Shown here piece after piece: positions 37,582-46,813 of a stretch of DNA of 64,000 nt. The stretch's first letter is position 1, and every line of letters starts with the position of its first letter. The notes beneath the pieces are model-generated. The model saw only the letters and a list, made by a program, of their open reading frames with translations. It had not been told where the DNA came from and made no database searches. The position numbers were made by a program, and so were the translations under genes. Where the stretch lies: IMG/VR virus record IMGVR_UViG_3300047159_000066. One strand, given 5' to 3'. Source of the stretch: a virus.

Positions 37582-37753
37582 AGGTGGATCCTGAGACAAT
37601 GGATGTATCGATAATCTCAAATGTCGGATGCATAACGTCTATGGCGGATGGCGATTTCGTTCAGGCCTCGCTTCAGTATACTCTTGCATATGTCAATCGC
37701 CTGATCCAATACGGAGTGATTGTGGCCATTGATGAAAGGACTGAGATCTGAGC

Positions 37754-37981
37754 ATGAAAATAAAAGATGGAACAGACATCTCAAAATACGGGTTTCTTGG
37801 TTATGGGAAGACATTCATCTATGTCTCAAAGCATGATTCCGGAAATCGGATTGAGATAGTCAATAATGAGATCCTGATCACCATAGGGAATGCCTGGGCC
37901 AATCAGGATGATATTCAGGAGATACTTTTCAGACTCGGCAAAAGCAGTGTCGTAATGGAGGATAAGGCAAAATGCAAATGA
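37754..37981 (+). CDS. Hypothetical protein, paralog of the 38376 gene
   Basis: MKIKDGTDISKYGF versus MKVKKGVNLKKYGF. Confidence 0.65.
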   Translation: MKIKDGTDISKYGFLGYGKTFIYVSKHDSGNRIEIVNNEILITIGNAWANQDDIQEILFRLGKSSVVMEDKAKCK

Positions 37982-38379
37982 GGGCATATCTTAAATCTGA
38001 GTCTCTTCTTGCGGATGTGATCAGCATTGACTTCGAAGACAAGTCATCCTGCATACATTGCGATGAAAAACCATATTATCAGACTGTGAATTTCGATGAT
38101 CTGATATTCCTTCATTGCAGCGATCTCAAAGACGCCAATGGGAACATGATCTATGAAGGCGATATTATGGCGGTAAGCGACAGTGTCATCGGCCTTAAGA
38201 AGAAAGCGATCGTCAAATACGGCGAATTCAAAAGGACAGGAGATTCCGAGAAAGAGTTTGGGTTCTATCTTTTCATCAAAAAAGATCATTATCTCAGAAA
38301 AGATCTTTATTATTGGACTGAACGGGAGCATTGCGAGATTATAGGAAGCACTTATAATAAGGAGGCTGAAAGAAAATGA
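37972..38379 (+). CDS. YopX-family protein
   Basis: MRAYLK, LKDANGNMIYEGDI, EIIGSTY motifs. Confidence 0.75.
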   Translation: MQMRAYLKSESLLADVISIDFEDKSSCIHCDEKPYYQTVNFDDLIFLHCSDLKDANGNMIYEGDIMAVSDSVIGLKKKAIVKYGEFKRTGDSEKEFGFYLFIKKDHYLRKDLYYWTEREHCEIIGSTYNKEAERK

Positions 38380-38591
38380 AAGTAAAAAAGGGTGTGAATC
38401 TCAAGAAATACGGATTCATACTGCAGAAAGATGATGAGTGGTGGTATTCTTCTATGGAAGACGGGGACAATAAGATCATTGTTTCCGGCGGGATTCTTGA
38501 TGTCATCATTAAAAACCCGTATGCGAGTCAGGAGGATATTGTCGATAAAATGTCTGAGATGAATGATGACGGAGTCCTGGAAGGAGATTAA
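38376..38591 (+). CDS. Hypothetical protein, paralog of the 37754 gene
   Basis: See paralog. Confidence 0.65.
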   Translation: MKVKKGVNLKKYGFILQKDDEWWYSSMEDGDNKIIVSGGILDVIIKNPYASQEDIVDKMSEMNDDGVLEGD

Positions 38592-38594
38592 CGC

Positions 38595-38777
38595 ATGAAA
38601 GAGAAGAAAAAGAAGCTGCCTGACAGGGTGATGATTCCTGATCAGGGGTTGAAGTATTACGGGAAGACAAAGAAAGACTATGTGAATTGGTGCTGGGAGA
38701 ATAAAAAGAAGATAAACGACATGGCATCCAAACGCGAGTATTTTCAAATAATAATGGAGGAAGCGGAGAATGACTGA
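38595..38777 (+). CDS. Hypothetical protein
   Basis: AAGGAG RBS. Confidence 0.6.
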   Translation: MKEKKKKLPDRVMIPDQGLKYYGKTKKDYVNWCWENKKKINDMASKREYFQIIMEEAEND

Positions 38778-39000
38778 AAAAAAGAACAGATTCATAATGA
38801 AGATATGGCTTAAGAAAAATATCAATGGATCAGCGGAAAGAAGATTTCCGTCTTTTGTCATTGAGCTTGATGATCCTTCTGATTTCAATGCCTTTTTCGA
38901 TATTCTCTCATCTGCCGTGAACACAGGCGGGTATATAAAATATTCCGGGATCATATTTCCGGTTAAGATGTTCGGTCATGCCGAGCTCATTGTGAAATGA
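38770..39000 (+). CDS. Hypothetical protein
   Basis: GGAGG RBS; overlaps the upstream gene. Confidence 0.6.
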   Translation: MTEKKNRFIMKIWLKKNINGSAERRFPSFVIELDDPSDFNAFFDILSSAVNTGGYIKYSGIIFPVKMFGHAELIVK

Positions 39001-39007
39001 GAAGTAA

Positions 39008-39039
39008 CGGTTTACTTTTCATTTTCATTGCGATATAGT
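39008..39039 (+). promoter_or_regulatory. CGG-extended promoter
   Basis: CGG-TTTACT-N17-TATAGT. Confidence 0.7.
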
Positions 39040-39064
39040 ATATACGGATAAAGGAGATTAGTCC

Positions 39065-40213
39065 ATGAAATTAAGCCATTCGAAGCTCAATATGATACTT
39101 ACCGATCCTGCCAGCTATTATCTTACATATAAGCAGGGAATTGCGCTCCGTATCGAGAAAGATGCACTTGAGATCGGATCTGCTACACATTGGGGCATAG
39201 AACACAATACCGAAGATCTCACAGGCTATCTTAAGGAAGAGATGACGAAATACGATACCATGCAATATGATTACGGCAAAGAACAGGCCATGGCTGAGGC
39301 CATGGTGCATGGCTATCTTAAAGTAAAAGATTCCCTGTTCGATAAGCTTCTTACAGATTATGACGGGAAAACGAAACTCACCAAACTTGATGAATACCAT
39401 GAGCTTACCGTTGAGGCCCCGCTTAAATCCTATGCATTCAAGGAAGATCATTCTTTTCTCGGTATCATCGATTTGCTTCTTCTTACTGAGAAAGGGTTCA
39501 TTGTCGTAGATTATAAGACGTCATCTCAGACTCCTGACTGGGATAAATATCTTGATCAGCTTTATCGTTATATCTATCTTCTCGGAAAGCAGTTTCCAGA
39601 CACGCCGGTTTATAAGATTGCTATCATCAATCTCAAAAAGACCGGGATCAGGTTGAAGCAGAATGAGAATATGGATAATTTCATCATGCGGCTTAAACGT
39701 GAATATGAGATCAATGATGATAAACTCATAGATTATCATGAGTTCGATCGTAAGGACATCAATGAGGATGTGCTGAACGGATATATCGACAATCTTTCCA
39801 AAATGGCCGACTTCGCTCAGGATATAGAGAATAACCAAAGATGGTTCATCAACTTCAACAATGCGAATTCCGTCTATGGAAAATCACAGTTCTGGGACAT
39901 CTTCTATCGGACACCGGACTGTGAGGCGCTCTATAAGATAAAGGATCCTCTGATCGATCCTGAGACGAATACGGTCAATGAGTTCCGTGACTGTGTGAAA
40001 ATCGATATGGAATGTCTGTGGCATAAGGTACTCAATCATTATTCCGATTTCAAGAAGGAGGTTGCGAAATACTTTGTTGGAACCGCATCGGTCGATGACG
40101 TCGATCATGCGATAGAGAAGGAATGGGTGACTGATAAGGTGCTGATGGAACGGTATTGGGCGAATTATGATCTTGAGCTTGAAAAGGAGGGCCAAGAGAA
40201 AAATGCGACGTAA
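39065..40213 (+). CDS. PD-(D/E)XK RecB-like exonuclease
   Basis: LSHSKL, GSATH, GIIDLL...VVDYKTS, QLYRY motifs. Confidence 0.85.
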   Translation: MKLSHSKLNMILTDPASYYLTYKQGIALRIEKDALEIGSATHWGIEHNTEDLTGYLKEEMTKYDTMQYDYGKEQAMAEAMVHGYLKVKDSLFDKLLTDYDGKTKLTKLDEYHELTVEAPLKSYAFKEDHSFLGIIDLLLLTEKGFIVVDYKTSSQTPDWDKYLDQLYRYIYLLGKQFPDTPVYKIAIINLKKTGIRLKQNENMDNFIMRLKREYEINDDKLIDYHEFDRKDINEDVLNGYIDNLSKMADFAQDIENNQRWFINFNNANSVYGKSQFWDIFYRTPDCEALYKIKDPLIDPETNTVNEFRDCVKIDMECLWHKVLNHYSDFKKEVAKYFVGTASVDDVDHAIEKEWVTDKVLMERYWANYDLELEKEGQEKNAT

Positions 40214-40511
40214 TATTTTCACGCCGGAAGAGAAGAAAGCCTGGAATGACAAATATATCATCACCTATGATCCCGCCATCGGCATTATATGCGAATCAAG
40301 AAAGAACCACCAGCGTACCATTCATTCGCCTGAGTTTGGATTCATTATGGCCACAGATAACAGGCATGTGACGATTACTAAAACCGACATCGACATCTGG
40401 AAGGATCATTTCTATCCAGCTGTGACATTGCTTGATGTCCATGATGCGATAAGCATTCTTGTCAATACAGAACAGGAGATCACTGAAGAGAACATAAGAA
40501 AATACATTTGA
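40203..40511 (+). CDS. Hypothetical protein
   Basis: AAGGAGG RBS, MRRNIFT start. Confidence 0.6.
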   Translation: MRRNIFTPEEKKAWNDKYIITYDPAIGIICESRKNHQRTIHSPEFGFIMATDNRHVTITKTDIDIWKDHFYPAVTLLDVHDAISILVNTEQEITEENIRKYI

Positions 40512-40543
40512 CGGTTTGTTATTCGATAATGGAAGCGTATAAT
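40512..40543 (+). promoter_or_regulatory. CGG-extended promoter
   Basis: CGG-TTTGTT-N17-TATAAT. Confidence 0.7.
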
Positions 40544-40577
40544 GGATTTACATTAAATCAAAAAGGAGATTTAAAAG

Positions 40578-41684
40578 ATGACGAAAACCATTAAGATGGT
40601 GATTTACGGCGAGCCTGGTGTCGGTAAGTCTACGTTTGCATTCGGTGCTCCGAAGCCTTTCTTCATTACGACTGATGGCAACTTTGAATACCTTGTCGAT
40701 TATTTCAACGCCAATCCGGATGATTGCAAGCAGGTCTTCTCTTGGGCTGAGGCCAAAAAGGTCTTTGCCGCGATCGATCTCAATAAATATGATACGATAG
40801 TCGTTGATCTTCTTGAGGATCTCTATCAGTGGGCCGAAGTCGAATTCTGTGCCGACAACAACATCAAGCACATCAGTGATTTTGGTTACGGCAAAGGCTA
40901 TTCGCTTCTTCGTCAGGAATTCTTCATCGCCATCCAGAAGCTTCTTGCTCTTCCTAAGAATGTCATCCTTATTTGTCATGGTGCGGCTGTCACGCTTAAG
41001 GATCGCCGTGGGATCGAATATACGAAATATGAGCCTGTCAGCCAGATCCCTGATCGTGTTCTCACTCAGATTGAAGGCCGTGTCCGTTATTTCGTTCGTG
41101 CCTATGCGACCACCGAAGAGACCGCGGATGGCAAGCTTCTTACGAAACGTTGGCTTTCTCTCAGCCCGGACGGAACGACTGAGTACGGCATCACGCGTGG
41201 CCTTACTCCTGATGCGCCGCGCTATATCCCGCTTGACTGGAATGCGTTCTATGCCCTTGCCACTTCTGATGTCGGCGAGAACATCAATAAACCCGTGATC
41301 AGTCATCCGGCTCTTTCTGAGAAGCCTGCTGTTAAGCCTGTAAAAGCGGATCAGCCTGCTTTAGAGACAAAGGTCATCCGTGCCAAAAAGCCTGAGACTA
41401 CGCCTGAGCTTGGGAATCCTGCCACCGATAAGATCGCCCAGATCAAAGCGACGCTTGCTCAGATGAACGATGAGAAGCCTGTTGAGAAGCCTGTTGAGAA
41501 GCCTGCTGAGAAGCCTGCCGAGAAGCATATTGAGACTCCTGAGGAGATACTTGGCGTCGCTCCGGCAGAAAAGAAACCGGAAGAGAAGCCTGCCGAGACT
41601 AATCCAGATAAGATGTCGAATGCCGATAAGCTTGCCGCCATCCGTGAGAAGCTCGCCGCATTAAAGGCGAAGAAAGCTAACTAG
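40578..41684 (+). CDS. Sak4-like (AAA_24) recombinase
   Basis: IYGEPGVGKST, YDTIVVD, FGYGKGY, VILICH; EKPV/EKPA 12-bp tandem repeats at about 41472-41526. Confidence 0.85.
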   Translation: MTKTIKMVIYGEPGVGKSTFAFGAPKPFFITTDGNFEYLVDYFNANPDDCKQVFSWAEAKKVFAAIDLNKYDTIVVDLLEDLYQWAEVEFCADNNIKHISDFGYGKGYSLLRQEFFIAIQKLLALPKNVILICHGAAVTLKDRRGIEYTKYEPVSQIPDRVLTQIEGRVRYFVRAYATTEETADGKLLTKRWLSLSPDGTTEYGITRGLTPDAPRYIPLDWNAFYALATSDVGENINKPVISHPALSEKPAVKPVKADQPALETKVIRAKKPETTPELGNPATDKIAQIKATLAQMNDEKPVEKPVEKPAEKPAEKHIETPEEILGVAPAEKKPEEKPAETNPDKMSNADKLAAIREKLAALKAKKAN

Positions 41685-41694
41685 GTGAATTAAC

Positions 41695-42237
41695 ATGGCC
41701 GATGAAAACAAGTTCGTTGCGCTGAATGACATCCTGTCCCAGATTGACTGGGACAGCGTGACTGCCGCAAGCAATGGCGGCGGTTTTGAGGATATGCCTC
41801 AGGGCTATTATCTCTGTGAGGTCGAGAAAGCCGTTCTTAAAGAGAATAAGGCTCAGACGAATATGCAGGTCTCATTCCAGTTCAAGGTGATTGAAGACGG
41901 CGTGAATGAAGAGCTTGATGACAAAGGGTTTTCGGTCCTTAAGGCCGTCCCCGGCACAAAGAACCGGAAGATCTTCCGCCATTATGCGCTGAAGGACGTC
42001 ACTTCCGTCAAGCGGTTTGTTTCCGATATGCTTAAATTCGAAGGCGAGAAGCCCGGTGAGCCGATTCTTGAAAAGGAATATTTCACCACACAGGAGACCA
42101 TGCAGGACGCGCTTGATATTCTGGTCGGGCTCCGCATTTACATCAACGCCAATTATAAGGAATACAACGGCCAGAAGAGCTGCTGGTACGATATTGTCGG
42201 ATGGGATCGCGCGAAAGCCATGGGTCTTCCGCTTTAG
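41695..42237 (+). CDS. Single-stranded DNA-binding protein (DUF669-like)
   Basis: GFEDMPQGYYLCEVEKA...FKVIE...NRKIF; follows Sak4. Confidence 0.7.
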   Translation: MADENKFVALNDILSQIDWDSVTAASNGGGFEDMPQGYYLCEVEKAVLKENKAQTNMQVSFQFKVIEDGVNEELDDKGFSVLKAVPGTKNRKIFRHYALKDVTSVKRFVSDMLKFEGEKPGEPILEKEYFTTQETMQDALDILVGLRIYINANYKEYNGQKSCWYDIVGWDRAKAMGLPL

Positions 42238-42240
42238 CCT

Positions 42241-43125
42241 ATGTCCGCGCTTGAGACGATCAGCCGTATCCTGACGGATCAGAATCTGTCAGGATACGGA
42301 GGATTCAGATTCTGTTTCATGGATGCGAACAAAGTCCCTTATCACGGAAAGGATTTCGCGCATCCGGATACCGCATCGGATTTCATTCCGCTTGAGGAGC
42401 TTGACGTCGATCTTGCCGCGGGATATGCCGGACTTGGGGTTTCGATACAGGCATCCGGGATATGCGCCGTGGATGTCGATCACTGCTTCTCGTCTCCGTT
42501 TGTTCTCGGATCGGCCGATGAACGTGCGAAGGACATACTCGGCATATTCTCAGGATGCTATGAGGAGTTCAGCTTTTCAGGGACAGGGCTCAGGTCGTTC
42601 TTTCTTTGTGATGGAATTCCGCATGATTACGAGAAGACTTATTTCACCAAAAACAAAAAGACCGGATGCGAGTTCTACTATCCGGAAGGCTCAAACAGGT
42701 ATGTGTCCATAACAGGGATGACGATAAACGATGCCGCTATAAAAACAGCCCCAGATTCAGCGATTAAGGCTTATCTTGATAAATACCTTCTTAGGCAGAA
42801 AGCAAAGCCCTGTGAGTCTGAAAACAATCAAAACGAAGGCTATAACCCGGAAGAGCTGCTTAAGCATTATATAAGAAGCGACTCGGGATTCCAGAACAAC
42901 TGGTTCGAGAAAGCACCGGGATCCGGGTCGAATGAGTCGGAGCGTGACTATTTCCTTGTCGCGTTCATTTATGATCACATCACGAAGGACAAAAGCAAGA
43001 TCAAGGAGATCTTTGAGTCAAGTCCCTTCTTCAAATCGAAAGACCGCAGGCATATGTTCAAGTGGGAATACCATGAAGGAAGATACTACAATTATCTTTA
43101 TGAGTGCGTGTCGGGACAAAGATAA
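42241..43125 (+). CDS. Primase-polymerase (NrS-1-like AEP plus helical domain)
   Basis: KVPY, CAVDVDHC, EFSFSGTGLR, EFY...RYVSITG, SNESERD motifs. Confidence 0.75.
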   Translation: MSALETISRILTDQNLSGYGGFRFCFMDANKVPYHGKDFAHPDTASDFIPLEELDVDLAAGYAGLGVSIQASGICAVDVDHCFSSPFVLGSADERAKDILGIFSGCYEEFSFSGTGLRSFFLCDGIPHDYEKTYFTKNKKTGCEFYYPEGSNRYVSITGMTINDAAIKTAPDSAIKAYLDKYLLRQKAKPCESENNQNEGYNPEELLKHYIRSDSGFQNNWFEKAPGSGSNESERDYFLVAFIYDHITKDKSKIKEIFESSPFFKSKDRRHMFKWEYHEGRYYNYLYECVSGQR

Positions 43126-43137
43126 AGGAGATGAACC

Positions 43138-43500
43138 ATGGAAAGAGATGAGTTCACGAAAATCATAAGGGAAGAGGCGGATCACTGCTGCAATCTTCTT
43201 GCCGCCAAAGGGGCCGAATACGATGACGACAAAGCCGATCGGCTCAACAGCTTCAAACGTGCCGGCAAGCTCCAGAATGAGAATGAGGTGAAGGCATTGT
43301 CCGGCATGATGGCCAAGCATGCGGTCTCCGTGTTCGATATGTGCGTCCGCGGAAAGCCGACCGATTATTCGATAAGCAAGTGGGATGAGAAGATCACCGA
43401 TATGATAAATTATCTTCTTATCCTGAAGGCGATGGTCGTTGAGGAATACTCTGCGGCAAGCCGCGGGACAGTCGAAGACGAGAAAGGGGATCAGAAATGA
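43138..43500 (+). CDS. Small helical protein resembling nucleotide-modification-associated / MazG-like families
   Basis: KGAEY..DRLNSFK, MMAKH, EKITDMINYLLIL; adjacent to ThyX. Confidence 0.5.
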   Translation: MERDEFTKIIREEADHCCNLLAAKGAEYDDDKADRLNSFKRAGKLQNENEVKALSGMMAKHAVSVFDMCVRGKPTDYSISKWDEKITDMINYLLILKAMVVEEYSAASRGTVEDEKGDQK

Positions 43501-44261
43501 ACAAGATCGAGGTCAGAGTGCTTAATCCGGATGTCGTGAAGAACTGTGAGAAGATGATGGTCTGCGGGGCGAGACTGACTCAGAAAGGCCATAAGATCAA
43601 GAGCATGAATGACTTCATGGCTCTTTACGATAAGCCTTATGCTCCCCAGACCGCTGAGATAATGGCGCATCTTCCTCATCCTACCATTCAGAAATTCGGG
43701 GTCATCAATGTGGTCGTCGTCGGAGCGTCAAGAAGATTCCTTGCCCAGATCACAAGACATCAGAATGAGATCAAGTTCATGTCCGCGAGCCTTCAGTATT
43801 CTGATTATTCCGATGATGCGGATTTCGTAGTTCCCTATGATCTTCTCGATAAGCCTGATCTCAGAGAATGCTATCTCAAATCCTGCAAGGAGTCAATGGA
43901 GACTTACCAGGCCCTTGATCTTTCAGGGATCGATCATGATGAATGCGGATATGCTGCGCCTCAGGGCTTGAGAAACATCCTTATCATGTCCGCGACGCCC
44001 TTTGAGTTCAAACATATCATCAGCCAAAGAACCTGCAAACGCAATACGAAAGAGACGATCTTCGTCATGCTTAAGGTCTGGGAAGAGCTGTATAAGCTGA
44101 ATCCTACGTTATTCGCTCCGGATACCACTGGTCCCTTCTGTATGAAGGAAGGATGCAAAGAAGGCAAGATGAGCTGCGGTGTTCCGCTTGAAAAGGGAAT
44201 CACGCCCAGCGAACGCCTCAGAAAGGAATTCCCGCTCATTTATGAAGATAAACCTGATTAA
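43497..44261 (+). CDS. thyX: FAD-dependent thymidylate synthase
   Basis: H.TI.KF, GASRRFLAQITRHQ...SASLQYS, C-terminal C...C.EGKMSCG. Confidence 0.85.
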   Translation: MNKIEVRVLNPDVVKNCEKMMVCGARLTQKGHKIKSMNDFMALYDKPYAPQTAEIMAHLPHPTIQKFGVINVVVVGASRRFLAQITRHQNEIKFMSASLQYSDYSDDADFVVPYDLLDKPDLRECYLKSCKESMETYQALDLSGIDHDECGYAAPQGLRNILIMSATPFEFKHIISQRTCKRNTKETIFVMLKVWEELYKLNPTLFAPDTTGPFCMKEGCKEGKMSCGVPLEKGITPSERLRKEFPLIYEDKPD

Positions 44262-44655
44262 GCTCCGAAATTTCTATAAGGCGCCTTCACGCAAGCATTT
44301 CGATGATGCGGGCGCTGATGTGTATTCTCCTTTTCAGGTGACGCTGAGGCCTCATCAGACTGTTGCCATTGGGCTTGGCTTCGGGCTCGATATTCCGAAC
44401 GGCTTCTGTGGTTTTGTTTTCCCTAGAAGCAGTCTTGCATCAGTGGGCATCATCACTCAGCTTTCGCCTATTGACGCAGGATACCATGGGGAGATTCATG
44501 CCATAACGACAAATACATCAGATAAGGAATATACCATCAATATCGGAGATCGGATAGGACAGATCGTCATTTTGAATATAGACATCTGTGACATCTGTGA
44601 GATGGAAGGTGACGAGCAGCGCGATAAGGGCGCATTTGGTTCTACCGGAAAATAG
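44242..44655 (+). CDS. dut: Trimeric dUTPase
   Basis: DAGADV, PRSSLA, PIDAGYHGEI, GDRIGQ, RDKGAFGSTG motifs. Confidence 0.92.
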   Translation: MKINLIKLRNFYKAPSRKHFDDAGADVYSPFQVTLRPHQTVAIGLGFGLDIPNGFCGFVFPRSSLASVGIITQLSPIDAGYHGEIHAITTNTSDKEYTINIGDRIGQIVILNIDICDICEMEGDEQRDKGAFGSTGK

Positions 44656-44656
44656 C

Positions 44657-46420
44657 ATGAATAAGATCATCATCTTTGATTTTGAGGTATTCCGATATGA
44701 TGTCCTTCTTGGCGCATATGAGCTTCCGGAGAAGGTGTTTTTTCAGACATGGGACAAAGACGCCATTAAGGAGTATTATCTTCAGCATAAAGAGGATATT
44801 TGGGTCGGTCACAACAATTACAGATATGATAATTATATTCTTGAGGCCGTGTTGAACGGAGAAGATCCTTATGTGATGAGTAAGCAGATAATATCCAACA
44901 GATCAATGCCGAGATGCAATCTTGATCTTGTCACATATGATCTTATGAATTCGATACTTCATCCTTTCTCACTGAAACTGACTGAGATGCTGATCGGAAA
45001 GAACATCCATACGACCGAGGTCGATTTCAATCTCGCAAGGGCCCTAACGCCTGATGAGCGTGCTTTGACTGAAGACTATAACAAAGACGATCTCAGACAG
45101 ACGGCATATAATTTCGATAAGTTCTATGATAAGTTCAAGTTGCGTCTTGACATCATTTCGGAATTCAAGCTTCCTTTGAAAGAGAACCTTGTTTGCACCG
45201 GCACATCGCTGGCGGCGAATGTCCTGAAGGCGAAGCACGATTATTCGCTTGAATACAAGCCGATCCATCCTAAGATATATGATACATTACGGCTTAAAGA
45301 CGAAAGCGTGAAAAGTTTTTTCCTCAATGAAGATTTCAGGGCCGGTAAGACGCTCACGATGAAGATCTGCAACAGCGAAGCGAAAATCGCCGCAGGTGGG
45401 ATGCATTCCACGATGAAGAAATATCACTGCGACAAGGCGCTTTACATGGATGTCTCCGGCTATTACAATCTTGTCATGCTCAATTATGATCTGCTGCCGA
45501 GAACGCTCCCGCCTGAAGGGAAGCAGATGTATGACTATATGTATCATGAGCAGCTTCGTCTGAAGAAGATCAATCCTGTCAAACGGAAGATGTATAAGAC
45601 CATTCTTCTTTCTGTGTTCGGCGCAATGAACAATGAGCATACGGATTTCTATGATCCCTGGAAGGCATTGCTTGTCACATCGACAGGGGAGGTATTCCTG
45701 TATGATCTTCTTGAGAAGCTTGACGGGCTTGGGACGGCATTCAACATCAATACCGATGGCATCATGTTTGAGCCGTTTAATTGGTCGGACGAAACAAAAA
45801 TAAAAGGGATTGTCGACGAATGGATGCAGCGGACCGGATTCGTCATCAAGTTCGGCTACATCTACAATATGTGGCAGAGAGATGTCAACTGCTATGTCTA
45901 TACGGAAGAAGACGGATCCATTGAGACGAAAGGAGAGGCGCTTAAGAATTACGATACATCTGATAAGGCATATGCCTCAGCCTCATTATTCGCTTGCAAA
46001 GAGCCTCCAATTATCGCGAAGGGCATAGTCTCAGCGTTAATATCAGGGCAGAGCCCAGAAGAGTTCGTAGAGGCCAATAAACGCGATCTTACGCTGTTTC
46101 AGTATTCCTGCAAAAAGAACACATTTGATTATCTTACCTATGATGTCGCTTTGGGAGATCAGTCAACGTCTCAGGAAAGGATAGACAGCCCCGCCCGGGT
46201 ATTCGCATGGAACAGCACAGAAATGAACGGGATGATCTATAAGCATAAGGATATTGTCGGAGGCGGCAAGACAGAAAAGGTATCGAATCTTCCTCCAAGC
46301 GTATTTGTATGGAATACCGAAATAATGTCAGATGACGCTTATTCGGAAATCTCAAAGAAAATAGACTATAATTATTATGTTACGAGGATATACGATCGCA
46401 TAGGCGAGTTTGTACTTTGA
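44657..46420 (+). CDS. Family B DNA polymerase with 3'-5' exonuclease
   Basis: IFDFEVF, HN..YD, YN.DD, MDVSGYY, K..LLSVFG, INTDG motifs. Confidence 0.88.
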   Translation: MNKIIIFDFEVFRYDVLLGAYELPEKVFFQTWDKDAIKEYYLQHKEDIWVGHNNYRYDNYILEAVLNGEDPYVMSKQIISNRSMPRCNLDLVTYDLMNSILHPFSLKLTEMLIGKNIHTTEVDFNLARALTPDERALTEDYNKDDLRQTAYNFDKFYDKFKLRLDIISEFKLPLKENLVCTGTSLAANVLKAKHDYSLEYKPIHPKIYDTLRLKDESVKSFFLNEDFRAGKTLTMKICNSEAKIAAGGMHSTMKKYHCDKALYMDVSGYYNLVMLNYDLLPRTLPPEGKQMYDYMYHEQLRLKKINPVKRKMYKTILLSVFGAMNNEHTDFYDPWKALLVTSTGEVFLYDLLEKLDGLGTAFNINTDGIMFEPFNWSDETKIKGIVDEWMQRTGFVIKFGYIYNMWQRDVNCYVYTEEDGSIETKGEALKNYDTSDKAYASASLFACKEPPIIAKGIVSALISGQSPEEFVEANKRDLTLFQYSCKKNTFDYLTYDVALGDQSTSQERIDSPARVFAWNSTEMNGMIYKHKDIVGGGKTEKVSNLPPSVFVWNTEIMSDDAYSEISKKIDYNYYVTRIYDRIGEFVL

Positions 46421-46444
46421 TCTAATGAAAAGGGGGACAGATAA

Positions 46445-46813
46445 ATGTCCGAAGAGAATAATCTGAGTCTTGAATCGAAGATGTATGCTTTGTATGAGCT
46501 GCGTACGAGACTGAATGAAAGCGTGGATAATTACAATAAGATCATTGCTCAGTATGAGATCATCCTTGACATCATCAATAACAGCGAACGCAAAAGCGAG
46601 ATCCCTGATGATTTCGTTACCGGCTTCAATGAGGATAAGACGAAGATGAAGGCTTCGATCGAAGAGATCAAAAAGCGCCTTACCTATATCAACATCCTTA
46701 TCGATCAGTATGAGAAGAAGGATGACAATGGTCAGAAGGTCGAGCAGATCGTCACTTTGGTTTTTGATTCCCTTGGCATCAACACTGAAGGCGCCGTCAA
46801 AAAGGCGAAATAG
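46445..46813 (+). CDS. Hypothetical coiled-coil protein
   Basis: RBS; ORF track. Confidence 0.65.
   Translation: MSEENNLSLESKMYALYELRTRLNESVDNYNKIIAQYEIILDIINNSERKSEIPDDFVTGFNEDKTKMKASIEEIKKRLTYINILIDQYEKKDDNGQKVEQIVTLVFDSLGINTEGAVKKAK

Noticed and set aside
37451..37751. Third frameshifted gene (open -1 frame after ORF 37354)
   Set aside because: No slippery site or homology support is visible, and a separate short gene starting at 37584 or 37599 explains it equally well.
39065..40213. Cas4
   Set aside because: It lacks the four-Cys Fe-S motif, and its context (Sak4, SSB) fits a recombination exonuclease.
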